Position numbers and translations under genes: made by a program
Part shown: positions 1 to 11,266 of the stretch, in pieces
Layout of the letters: each line of letters opens with the position of its first letter
Numbering within the stretch: the first letter of the stretch is position 1
Origin: Vermamoeba vermiformis
Taxonomy: Eukaryota
Assembly (NCBI GenBank): GCA_045837725.1
Contig: JBEWZL010000282.1
Location: forward strand, 1-64,000
Length of the DNA stretch: 64,000 nucleotides
Direction of reading: 5' to 3'
Notes under the pieces: model-generated
What the model saw: the letters and a program-made list of their open reading frames with translations, nothing else
Told to the model about the DNA's origin: nothing
Database searches by the model: none

Positions 1-370
1 AAGAGTTGGCAAGAGCGAGAAAGCAGTTCCCTGACTGCAACTTGTAAGTAACGTACTTTTAAATAATAATTCAATTTTTTAACTAACTCAAGCAGCAACT
101 TGAATCATCCCGATGCGATCTACGCTCGCACGCTCTATTGCAGGGCTTCTCGTATGGAGCAGTACACCAGCATTCTATTGCTGGGCGAGAAGCTCAAACG
201 AGATGCCATCATTCGAGACTACATCGAAGGTAAGTACTTAGTTTATTTTATCTTATTTTGTGAAAATTTTACTAATTGATTTGTTTTTAGCTCTCACCGG
301 CCAGCTTGATGAATCCGTAGGACCTTTTGTTGACCTCGATGCGGAATTAGCCGCACGAGGCTTGAATTAA
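1..370 (+). CDS. 3' end of a spliced gene of unknown function (partial, runs off the window)
   Basis: Three exons joined at gtaagt...ag introns give an open frame, ELARARKQFPDCNF/NLNHPDAIYARTLYC...RDYIE/ALTGQLDESVGPFVDLDAELAARGLN*, with TAA at 368-370. Confidence 0.65.
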
Positions 371-1052
371 TCAATAATTCGGTACTTGTAATTGGCCGTA
401 AGGCCCCCCCCGTCCCCCTGGCGGACGGGGTCTTATTAAATAAATATACCCCCGTCCCCTTGGCGGACGGGTATCAACCAATTTTGTAATTTGCGGATTT
501 CTGAGGCTGAACCTGAAAGGTTAGGTACTACTTTCCAACCTGACCTCAATGCGGAATCAGCCGCACGACGTTGCTGATACTTGTAATTGGCTTTATGCCC
601 CCCCCCCATCCCCCTGGCGGACGGGGTCCTATTAAATAAATATACCCCCGTCCCCCTGGCGGACGGGTATCCATCAAGTATTTCAAGCCCAACATACCTG
701 AGGCTGAACCACACAGGTCAGGTATAAAGTAAGCACCTAGTGAGGTTGAGGTTGTGCATTAGCATTGAGTATGTACCTGATGCTGAACCTATCAGGTTGA
801 GGTATTTGCTACAAACCTGATGCAGGAGGTAAAGGTACATGACAGCGATCCCGAGGTGGATACAGCACCCCCCCGTCCGCCAGGCGGACGGGTCCTTATT
901 AAATTAATATACCCCCGTCCGCCAGGCGGACGGGTATCCATCAATTTTATAACTGGGTATACCTCAGGCTGAACCTGGCAGGTTAGGTACTATTTACTTT
1001 CCCAGTGTAGCATGGGTTGATAACGTGCCCCCGTCCACCTGGCGGACAGGGT
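330..1052. repeat. Degenerate tandem array of about 200-270 bp units carrying GC-rich hairpins
   Basis: Seven CCCGTCC-N7-GGACGGG stem-loops (~408, 451, 604, 647, 872, 914, 1030), six of them paired across a TATTAAAT(A/T)AATATA spacer. Four copies of CT(G/C)A(G/T)GCTGAACC-N-AGGT(T/C)(G)AGGTA (~501, 698, 777, 963). Two copies of GACCTC(G/A)ATGCGGAAT(T/C)AGCCGCACGA (~332, 542). Confidence 0.9.
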
Positions 1053-1254
1053 CAGTTATCAACTAAGGCACCAATTTCCCAGTATACAGGCTACTCCAAA
1101 CATCTTGTTTATTTAATGTCCATACATTGGCCATGGATGGCGGCTGATTTGTACAAATGTTTGATTGGCCTCTATGGCTGACTTGCCTCACACCCAACCG
1201 CAGCCCCACCAGCCCTAACCCTAAAGGGTCATGATAACTAGAGCTAAAAAACTT

Positions 1255-1665
1255 ACAGGACAAGTCTGCACAGATCCAGGTCTCATCCTGGGGCACGAAG
1301 AAATTTCAGCTACACAAGTCTGGTAATGGTTTTCAGACCAGATCTTTGCATTACCTAATAAGGAATTAAATGGATCTGGCTTAGACCACTTAATTTAGAC
1401 TTACCAATCAACTCGATAGACTCTCTAGGTGATGGTAAGCACCTGCTATCACCATGAAAGCATTCTGTGCAAACTTTTCTAAATTTGAATTTCTCATCAG
1501 ATTAATTTAGAAATTAGTAAAAATTAATGGGAAGTTCTAAAATTTCATTCCTTACCCTTGTTTCACTTCTAATAAAATTGCCTTCACTTGTAGAATATTC
1601 CCTTAAAGCCACTCCTCAGAGAACACCCACCATAAGCTCCTGGACCTCATCCCCTGCAATCCAGC
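1255..1665 (-). pseudogene. Possible decayed spliced gene relic
   Basis: Three consecutive blocks on the minus strand are bounded by ag/gtaag splice signals with intron-sized gaps, but no frame stays open across all of them. The region is CpG-depleted. Confidence 0.25.
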
Positions 1666-1825
1666 TGAGATGTGAAAATATAAATATTTTGACGCCATGG
1701 ATAGCTTAAACAATGGTATTGCTAATGAGGAATCTGCTGGAGGATCTGAATAGATCTAGCACCAAAAAACGGTCATTTTTGCTTGAACCAGCCCTGGGGG
1801 GTTTGTGGTCAAAATTTGGCCATAC

Positions 1826-1965
1826 CATATGCTGTTATAGCATATGCTTTCAATAACAGCACATGCAGTCATGGAAAAAAATAGGGCATCATGGTCTTCA
1901 ATAATGGCACGTGCTTTTGTTGCAAATAATAGCATATCATATGCTAAAAAATAGCATATGCTAAT
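1826..1965. repeat. Cluster of short AGCATATGCT-type palindromes
   Basis: CATATGCT-GTTAT-AGCATATG (1826-1846), AGCACATGC (~1858), GGCACGTGCT (~1906), AGCATAT-C-ATATGCT (1931-1945), TAGCATATGCTA (1952-1963). Confidence 0.6.
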
Positions 1966-2703
1966 AAACGTAAATTCCGGAGTGCCAACTTCTTCCTACC
2001 AATCAGCCAGTAGATCCAGGATCTGGTCTAAATAATGTGCCACTGCTGACAACCCTATACTTTCCCAATTGCTGTGACTTTACTAGGGATATATTCCCCC
2101 TAGTATAAAGATGCAAATTGGACAAATAAAACATTATGCATAAAATCTTACATGTAAAAGGCTTTTTTAACAATTTAACCAATTCTGCCTCATTAATTAA
2201 TTTGCTGACCGAGTCTATTTGCACACTTGGCTCACCTTCTGCACTTTGTGCCAAAGTCTGCAGCAGTGAGCCAAGACACGCAAAGAATCAACGTGGCAAA
2301 TCTGATAAAAAGAATTTGCATCAAAGAAAGCCCAATTGGAGTGACAAAAAAGATTAGTAGAGCTTTGATAGTGCTGCAAGATCTCGACAACAGAGGCTGT
2401 AATATCAATTCAGTTGCTCTCCTAACCAAGCCCTTTATTTACTCCAATAGCAATGCACCTGGAAAGGAGCATTCATTTCAAAAGGTCCACCCAATTCAAC
2501 AATGTTCAGCACTGACAAAAACAGTTCAATTTAAATTAAATCTAAATGAAAGAACAAAAATAAAATGCAACTGGGTGGTACTGCATTGTTCTATGTAGTG
2601 CATTATGGCACAGGGTGTGCTGTAGCTGGAATATTTAACCTGCTATTCACAGCTATAACATTAAACAAGGCTGACAGGTAAGGCTTCACAGTCAGCAATA
2701 TGT

Positions 2704-5700
2704 TTATTTCTTCTTTTTGAAATTAAATTCAATTTGCAACAGGTATTTCAGCTTGACTTGAGCTGTGTCATATACAATGAACTCATTGTACAACAATTCA
2801 CTCTTTTTCACTGCCTCTGACTTCACACATTTACCAAATGGCACCACAACATCACCATCAATTGTCTTTGTGTGTGCATCATCTGGGATTGTTGTTCCTA
2901 CACCTTTGGTACTATCATAGCCTGTTAAAACACATCAATATGGAAATCATTCACCCCCCAAGTTAACTTACCCTTTGGTGGTTTGTCCATGTACTTAGCT
3001 TTCTTTAATTCATACATTTCACCCAAGGCCACTTCTGCAAGCAGCATCAATGCCACAGGGCTGTCTTTGTTTGCGTGACAGTAATTGGCACTCTTTGAAA
3101 CCAAATCAGCGAAGTAGAGGCCTTTGCCAAACATATAGCCTGTAACTGGAGCTTCAGGCGGTGCAATACGAAGACCCTTGATGTATGTGTTACTACCGTA
3201 ATTGGTGGATTTGATTGCGACATACCTGCGAGAGAATGCCAACAAAGTTGGTTAATCTGCTGCCGTGCCACAGCAGCATTTTGTTTTTCAATTTTTCGTA
3301 CTTCTTGTAGTTCGTTGCTTCATTGGCACGATCAACTTTAAACACCTCTTTCACTTTCAGCGTATAATCTGTATGCGTTGGTGCGTGCGTATTCTTCACA
3401 TATTCTACGATCTAGTAATTTTAGGTTAAATTTAACGTCACGCTATTGAGTAGGACTCTCTATTACCATTTGGAACTCATCCGAGTCATGATCAAGCGGC
3501 TCCATGGCGCAATTAAGCTTCTTGTAGTGACTCTCTAGCGGGTCATCAGTATCGTCGTCCGCTGAGCGCAACAACGTAGTGGCAATTTCCATCTCCAGCA
3601 ACGAGTAGATCAAATCGACTTTCTCTTGCAGCTGCTCTTGGCTGTCAATAATAGTGGGATTGTCCATGCCAAACGAATGCGGGATCAGTGTGTAAAATCT
3701 GTTCGTAGCATCTGTACGTGGTTAGTACCTTCACAAAATCAAGGCAAGTCACTTACCGACAAACTTGGCTTTCGGTGCGTTGCCTTGCTTAATTAACTCT
3801 TGAATCTCGGTAAGCACCTTGTAACCTTCCATCAAATGGCTTTTGCTCAATTTGCCAAGCGGCATCTGTATTGTGTTAAGCTATCAAATCACTTCACTTA
3901 AACTCTACGCACCTGTTGCACGTCAATCTCCATTTCTAGGAGTGCACGCTTCATGGCTCTGCAAAGTGATTTAATATAGCGCCGCATTAAATCAAAGTCA
4001 CGTACTTGGTATCGAACATCAGCTCGATGAGCGAGGCTAATCGCTGATCTAACTGCGACTTTAGACTTGTCGAATTCTTTTTCTTTGATCTCTTCATCTT
4101 CTTTTTTCATTCCAAAATCGAGTTCGATGGGATAAAACTTTCCTGGCTGCTTGACGAAGTTCTTTCTATTACTCCATTCGTTTAAAGTCTTCTCGTAGTA
4201 CAACTTTTCGAAGTTCTTTTTAGCCGCTGCCTTTGTTGCAAACTGCTCTAGCTTGTTGCCGCCAATAGTCGTGCCTACTCTGCCCCACTTACGGAACACG
4301 TACCACTTGTTGCCATTGTCTTCTTCTAGCAGCTGCAGAGCATAATACGAGTTTGTACCCTTCATAATGTCTGCGCGCATGGTAATTACTAAATACCGCC
4401 GAAAAATTGAAGCTTACCAGTCAAATTCAACATAACGTTGAAAATATCTGACTTTTCTTCCAACACGTGACAGTCTTCGTCGCGACCCGAGTCAGGATCT
4501 ACAGCGGAATTGCCCTTGATTTTTAACTTCTTCTTTGTCGGGTCGCCTAAGAGACATCAGTGATGATGCGCAAATGTACGCGTAGCATTGCATTACATAC
4601 CTTCGCCCTCATCTCCTTCGCCAGCCTCCCATTTCTTTTGCAAACTTCCTTTACTCGAAGCACCGCGTTTGAGCTTCGGTTTCTCCGCTGGCTTGTCTTC
4701 TTCGACCACTAATTTAATCGGCTCGCTAGGTATCCACTGTCGCGGCTTGCCAAAAAAGGTGTATTTCTAATTCGAAATGAGTACACGCCGCTAAGCTTTG
4801 ATCGTTGCTACCTTTTGATCACAAGCCTTGCCTTCTTTAATGGAGTCATAAATGTATTGTTCTTTGTACATCGGAATATTTAACTGCACGGCGGCTTTGA
4901 ACTTGGCGGGTTTGGTTTGCTCGAACAAAATTTTCATGTCAGCAATGACGTGCGATACGTGGCGTTCTAACATAAGGGTGAGCACCGTTTGAATGGAAAA
5001 AATTGAGCTATTGCTTACCAATCGTCGTGCTGTATTGTCCTCCGTATTTGCGAATTAGATTTTTAACTTCTTCTCGAGGTCTAACAAAGAGCAATGTTAG
5101 CTACGAGACAATTCGAAATACAAGTCACGTACTTAGAGAGTTTGCCAACAATAGCGAACACTTGGTCTTCAAATATTCGATCGAGCGGCTTTTCTTCGTA
5201 TTTAATTTCCATCTCCATTTCTGACTCCTGAGTTTGATTGTTATTGTTGTTATTGTTGCTGACATTAGACGTTGATTTGTTGAAGTTCTTATCGAAGTCA
5301 TCGGGCAATTTCGGAATTATTTTTTTCAGCATTTTACGCTAATCTTTACGTTAGTACACGATAGCACAACACTCATTTCATTATAACGAACGTACTTGTT
5401 TAAATTTGAATTTTGCAAGCCATTTGTCGTCAAGCTCTTCTGGATCTGGCATCAGCCACTCAGTTCTTTTAATATCCTTCGACTTGAATAGACACCTAAG
5501 ACGGTCATTGTTACATTGATTCGATCGTGTTGCCTTTGACTTACTTGGACCAGGCCGTTGATCCCGTGCACGCATACTCCTCTCCGTCGAGGCACACCAA
5601 ATCACCGTCGCCGCACTCGGGACACTTTGGCGTCGCACCAAACAACATTCCAGCGGCACAACGATCGACCAATTTTTGAACTCCACCGTGCGTGGGTTGA

Positions 5701-6492
5701 TTGTTTAGCTCGAGCATGTACCTGAATTAATGAGTGCGTGAGTTACCTAACGAAAGCAGGACTTACTTCAAAGTATCGTTTTCGACCTTCTTCAACTTAT
5801 CTTTCAAATCCCACAATAACTTGTTTTCCTCGGCAAGTGCTTTCTTGTATTCCTCGTCCTCTTCGTCTCCTTCGTCGCCATTCAATTTCTGTTTTTTGAC
5901 AACTTTGCCATCGAGTTCATCTTCTGCAGCTCGTTTTTTACCCTTATATATGAACTTAAAACATATTATGGCACGGTATTAAACGTACTTTTCCGTGCGT
6001 TTCCTCGATTTTTTCTTGCAATTTTTGTTGATCCGCCCACCGCAGCTTGTTGAAGCCTAATTTGCGTTTGTAAGAATTAACACTAACAATATATTCACAA
6101 AATATATTACCTGAAAACAATCCAACGTCATAAGCAAGCTTTGACCACGACTTGAAGAAGCAGTCCCAATGATGCCAGATGGGAAACTCGCCGTCGAATT
6201 TTGAAGATTGAACCATTTTTCCTAGGCGAAGCGCTTCTTGTTTAATCGGTTTGTTGCATCCTTTTTCAAAATTTTAGTCGGGTATCGTAAAATTAATATA
6301 AAATATTAATTTAATTTCCTGGAACACGTAGTATGGTGCAATGCACTTATTATTATTGTACACAATAGTATTGCCATCTTACTATTTTTTGAAAGCTTAA
6401 TTGCGGATGGGCTGTCAAAAATTACCTTTACACGTTGAGCGGCCACTGGCCGCGTATTCTATCTTGAACGGCCGCTTAGTAGTTGCGTCCAT
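2704..6492 (-). CDS. PARP1: Poly(ADP-ribose) polymerase 1-like (zf-PARP, PADR1, BRCT, WGR, regulatory and catalytic domains), multi-exon
   Basis: Starts [22 protein letters not shown]. Motifs [15 protein letters not shown] (WGR), [25 protein letters not shown] and [10 protein letters not shown] give an intact H-Y-E triad. One apparent +1 frameshift at ~4060. Confidence 0.95.
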
Positions 6493-6673
6493 GTATTATG
6501 CGCCTGGAATTAATGAACAAAAACAAATGCGGGCTTGTGTTCGTGCCAACAACAACAATGGCGCCAAATTGCAAGTTCTTTCACCCCATTTTTTGACCTG
6601 ATCAGATCGCAAGAACGAACTCATTAAATTAAGTTAAGAGTTATATGCGATGTTTACAAATTAATTTGCTTTA

Positions 6674-7444
6674 TTACAGTTTGGCAGTATTTACATAGTC
6701 GCTCAATCTCAGCCAGGCAATCTTGAATATTTGTTTCAAGGCCTCATCAATCTCTTGGCTCTTACTGTTGTTAATGCGCGTCTTCATGCCGTTAATAATG
6801 GCTTCCTTTTTGTTCTCGCGCACGCAGATAATGAATGGAAATTCGAATTTCGTTTTGTACGCTGCATTGAGCTCATCAAATAATCTAACCTCGTCGGCAG
6901 TCAATGAGTCCAATCCTAATATTAATGAATTGAATTAAATGAAATATCTGTTAACGATCCGCACGAGCTTCACGTCAATTACAATTTAATCCACTGTAAT
7001 AATTCAAAGGAAAGATTTCACTATTCTTACCTGCTGACTTTTGCTCGGAGGTCGATGAGGGAGTCAAAGTGCCTGCTTTAGCAGCTCGGCCAACAAGATC
7101 TGGATCAGAAAAAATTACAAAACGCTCCAAAATAATAATATACCGCACAAGGCATATTACCTGGGTGTGCTTTAATTAAATCTAATTTTTTCTCTTCGCT
7201 AGCTGCCTGCACAGTTTGGCACATTAAATTATGAATTTCTTCAAGGGTTAAATTAGCGAGCTCTGCTTCAAAATTAATAAATTACGCGTCAGAGTAATAC
7301 GTGCATGTACGTACTGCTTCTGTGGATATTAAAAACCTCGCGCACGACCCAGGGAGACTCTTCGAAGATAAATCCAACATGTTTGACAGCGTCTTCCGTA
7401 TTTAATTGAACCAACTCTTGCAATGTGATTTTGTTTTTGAGCAT
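6674..7444 (-). CDS. uraD: OHCU decarboxylase (urate to allantoin pathway)
   Basis: Spliced motifs IFEESPWV, AHPDLVG, STSEQKSAGL, LNAAYKTKFEFPFIICVR, IFKIAWLRL. Confidence 0.9.
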
Positions 7445-7557
7445 TGTATGATTCAGTTGTTGATTTCCGTTGATGATTTTATTAAAAAAGATTTATTCGT
7501 CCTCCTGTTTATTTTATTTCCACCACACGCGATAGATCAACACCAAGCAGTATAACC

Positions 7558-9316
7558 ATGAGCACTGGCTTCGTATGGCACGAGTTGTATATGTGGCATA
7601 ACAACGGAATGTCCGTTGCGTATTATTACCCAAACGCAAGTATGAATTTCGATAGAACTGGCTTTTCAAACGATTTAAAATTATAATTATTATTGCACTA
7701 ATATGTAGCACACATTATAGTCGAAGTCCCACGTTTAATCGCTGCTCTTAGTTCCATCTCGCTTTTTTCCTTTTTTATTTATTTATTAAATTCTATAGAG
7801 GACTTCCTCGAGCCTGGATTGAGCCACTTCGAGTCGCCATCAACTAAAAGAAGATTTTACAACTTGCTCACAGCCAGCAACTTCATCGACCAATTAAGTA
7901 CGATCCGCAGGAGTATAAACGAACCTAATATCATTGTTTAGCCACAATTAAACCTCGCCATGCTACCGATGAAGATGTGCTCATGTTTCATACCTCTGAT
8001 TACTTGCAAAAAGTGAAGGTAAGCGAGATCTACTCGGACAGACACGGGTGCTAATTTGTCACATCCAGGCAATTAGCAACACTGATCGTGGTGGTGAAGT
8101 CACTCCCCTCGTGATCGTATCACCTGGAAGCTATGAGATCGCACTGCTGTCGCTCGGTGGTTGCTTGGAAGCATTGGACAAGGTACCTATTTGATGCGAC
8201 TTAACTCAGCTTAGTGCATTAACTCACCGCAAACAGATCATGTCACAACAAGTTCGCAATGCCTACGCCCTGGTAAGACCGCCTGGGCATCATGCTGAGT
8301 CCGACAAAGGCATGGGCTACTGCATCTTTGGCAACGTGGCCATCACCGCCATGTACGCGAAGAAAAAATACAACTTGAAGAGAATCGCAGTCGTAAGTTA
8401 CACGAACCTGCATCAAATGCGCCGTACTTACGAATGTTGCAGGTCGATTGGGATGTACACCATGGCAACGGCACTCAGAGCGCATTTTACAAAGATCCCA
8501 GCGTGTTGTTCATTTCGATCCATCAAAACAAAAACTTCCCTATTGGTAAAATAATGCTGATTTAATTTAAGACCTCTATTAATACTACAGTTAGATACTG
8601 GTATGGTCGAAGAGAACGGTGAGGGTGAAGGTGAAGGATTCAACATTAACATTCCCTTGCCTCCTGGATCTGGTTACGGTGCCTATGACTGTAAGTCCAT
8701 TCGTATCCGCACTGCAAAATAGAAGATCTAACAACTTGTTAGATGCGTTTGAACAAGTTGTCGTTCCAGCACTTGATATTTACAAGCCTGAATTAATTCT
8801 CGTGTCCTCTGGATTTGGTAAGAAATTAGCACTATTTCGCGTTTAAGTTTTAATCGCGCCAATTTTAGACGCTTGTTTCATGGACCCGCAAGGCAGCATG
8901 TTGTTGAGCTCTTCGGACTTCAGAAACATGGCACGATTGGTAAAAATTGCGGCTGAAAAGTGAGTGGATTCGCATCGCGCTATCAAACACTCCAAGATAA
9001 CACTCTACAGGCATTGTCAAGGTCGTTTGCTCGTGGCCCACGAAGGCGGCTACTCGAATGAACAAGTGCCTTTCTGCGGGGTGGCTGTCGTCGAAGAATT
9101 GAGTGGTAAAGACTCAGGCATCAATGATCCTTTTGCCGCTGTAAGTAATTGTGTTCCCGCTGCGCGCGATTAATACTGACCTATTTGCCAAATTAGGAAA
9201 TTCGCATGATGGGCGATCAAGAGCTTCAACCTCATCAAGAGAAGCGAATTCTACTATCCGCTGCACTGCTTCCTAAGCTTAAAGAAAATACCGCAAAGAT
9301 TTTTGGAACTATTTAG
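7558..9316 (+). CDS. Zn-dependent histone deacetylase-like amidohydrolase (bacterial HDAH/class IIb type)
   Basis: N-terminus [14 protein letters not shown], then [43 protein letters not shown] and HEGGY. About 10 short introns. Confidence 0.9.
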
Positions 9317-9522
9317 TGTAATTCTTTTGAATACAGCACTGGAATTTCAAACGGTAATTATTTATGTTACAGCTGCAGAATTTTTCGGGTTCACTCACCG
9401 GAAATTAGGATAGCTCCGAAAAATTTATTATTACCATATTTGGACTATTTTCTCTCGCGATGATCAATCCTTTAGGTTAGAAAAGCGTGCGCAAATAATT
9501 TAATTTAGAGCTCCTAATCACC

Positions 9523-10465
9523 ATGATTGAATTCGACTTGGAAAAATTTGACCCTATACCGGGAGTGCCAGTGGCATTCTCAGCACAAAAATTCGAGCCT
9601 AATTACCCAGCTATGAGTTGCGCATTTACGCAATTCATTGCCATCGTCATCATCGCCCTGATTATGACTTGGTACTTTGCAAAACAACAAACCTGGCTGG
9701 ATCGGCTGATTTTTGGTTGGTTTGCTTTCGACGCAATGATCCACACCTTCATGGAAGGTTCATTCGTATACGCTTCATTAGAAAACAGATTTCATGGCGG
9801 AGTATCTACTTCGGCTTTGCCTCGCCCGATCACGTGCGTTTGTAAGTAGATGCGTGCCAAAAATACGTCTATTTCTAACCTTACTCAGGGACTGAATACG
9901 GAAAGGCTGATTATCGATGGCTCTACGGCGATCCTAACATTGTCGGGTTAGAAATGTGCGTCTAAATTAATTGAAAATTACCATACTTATCTGACGGAAA
10001 TTGTAGCGTGACGGTACTTATGGAAGCGCCTCTTTGCTGGTTGATATTGTACGGGGTAAGTTCATTCTTCATTTTACCTAGTATTTGTTGCACGAAAGAA
10101 AGGGTTAAAAGAGCTGACACCTTGACAAGATCTTGAAGAACTCGAATTGGCGCCATGTTGTACAATTAGTGTAAGTTTAGAACTTAATACCTTCAATGAG
10201 ATAACGTGTTGATAGAATTTGCCTTGGCGAGGTGTACGGCCTGTACGAGACTTTTGTTCCTGAGTGGATCTACGGCAGCCCAAACTTAGATGGAAGTTCA
10301 TTCCTCTATTTTTGGATCTATCTTGGATCTAATATCCCTTGGCTAGTCATTCCATTGCTGCTAATAGCACAATCTGCCTACGAGATATCCATGGCCTTCA
10401 AAGTCAAAACTTACTACGAATCCAACAATACAATGCTCAAGCTTCGCGCAAAAATGGCCAGTTAA
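9523..10465 (+). CDS. EBP/EXPERA family sterol isomerase-like membrane protein
   Basis: Several hydrophobic helices with FDAMIHTFMEG, WTEYGKADYRW and NIPWLVIPLLL motifs. Confidence 0.85.
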
Positions 10466-10569
10466 TCACTGTACAATAGTTACCATTAAAGAGCGATTTT
10501 GTATAGCGAGAAAATCTTTGAATTCACGAATAATTTCATTCAATTTTACAGCAAGATCGAGGCGAACAA

Positions 10570-11234
10570 ATGTCGAAATTACTCACACACCTTACTTGGG
10601 CCTCAATTACGTCAGGCGTACTGTATTATAGCAACCCGACGCCCCAGTCATTCGATTGTTATGTCAACGAGAGATTGAAATACAAAAAAGAAAAGGAGCC
10701 GTAAGTAATAATTAAATATTTTATTTTAAGAATACCATCTTGTGTGAGTATGAAAATATATTGTTTAGCTAAATTAAATTTTTTGGTCTACTTGATTATG
10801 AATTTTCTCGATCTGCCCTCAAATAATTTTTAACCTAGCGTTTATTTTGAAACGCTGCTGTATTAATATTTACAGTGAGTTTGCAAACTCATTTTGGGGA
10901 ACCGGAGTTGGACAAACGATTCTTGGGTTGGCTGTCAAATACACTTCAGAAAAACAATACAAAAGCTACGGTTTATTCTCCACTTTGAAGGTAATAGCAT
11001 TAAAATAACTACAACCACATTGTTAATATCCTACAGGTACACGCGCAAGACGATCCGAATTCAGCTTACTTAACCTTCATTGGCGCTGCTGGTCGGTGGC
11101 ATTTTATTGAACGATTATCAAAAAATGTTACCGAGCAAGAGATTAAACAACAAGCTAGTGAAGGATTTCAAATCGGAAATATTGTAATTAAATGGAAGGA
11201 GGAAGATCCAAAGCAACAACCAACCAAAAAATAA
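10570..11234 (+). CDS. Small 3-exon protein resembling DUF4359
   Basis: Absent from the ORF track. Splicing gives MSKLLTHLTWASITSGVLYYSNPTPQSF...KSYGLFSTLK/VHAQDDPNSAYLTFIGAAGRWHF...*. The hydrophobic-NP, YxLFS and IGxxG pattern recalls DUF4359. Confidence 0.6.
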
Positions 11235-11266
11235 AGTACTCACTTATAGTTGTATTTTACTATATG

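Noticed and set aside
436-714. 92-aa minus-strand ORF
   Set aside because: It merely translates the hairpin repeats (PSARG repeated).
330-1052. CRISPR-like interpretation of the hairpin array
   Set aside because: Spacers are themselves repeated and irregular in length, there are no cas genes, and the context is eukaryotic.
2225-2400. F-box-like peptide (LRVLAHCCRLWHKV) in one minus-strand frame
   Set aside because: Short, with no supportable start or downstream exons; possibly a relic but not callable.
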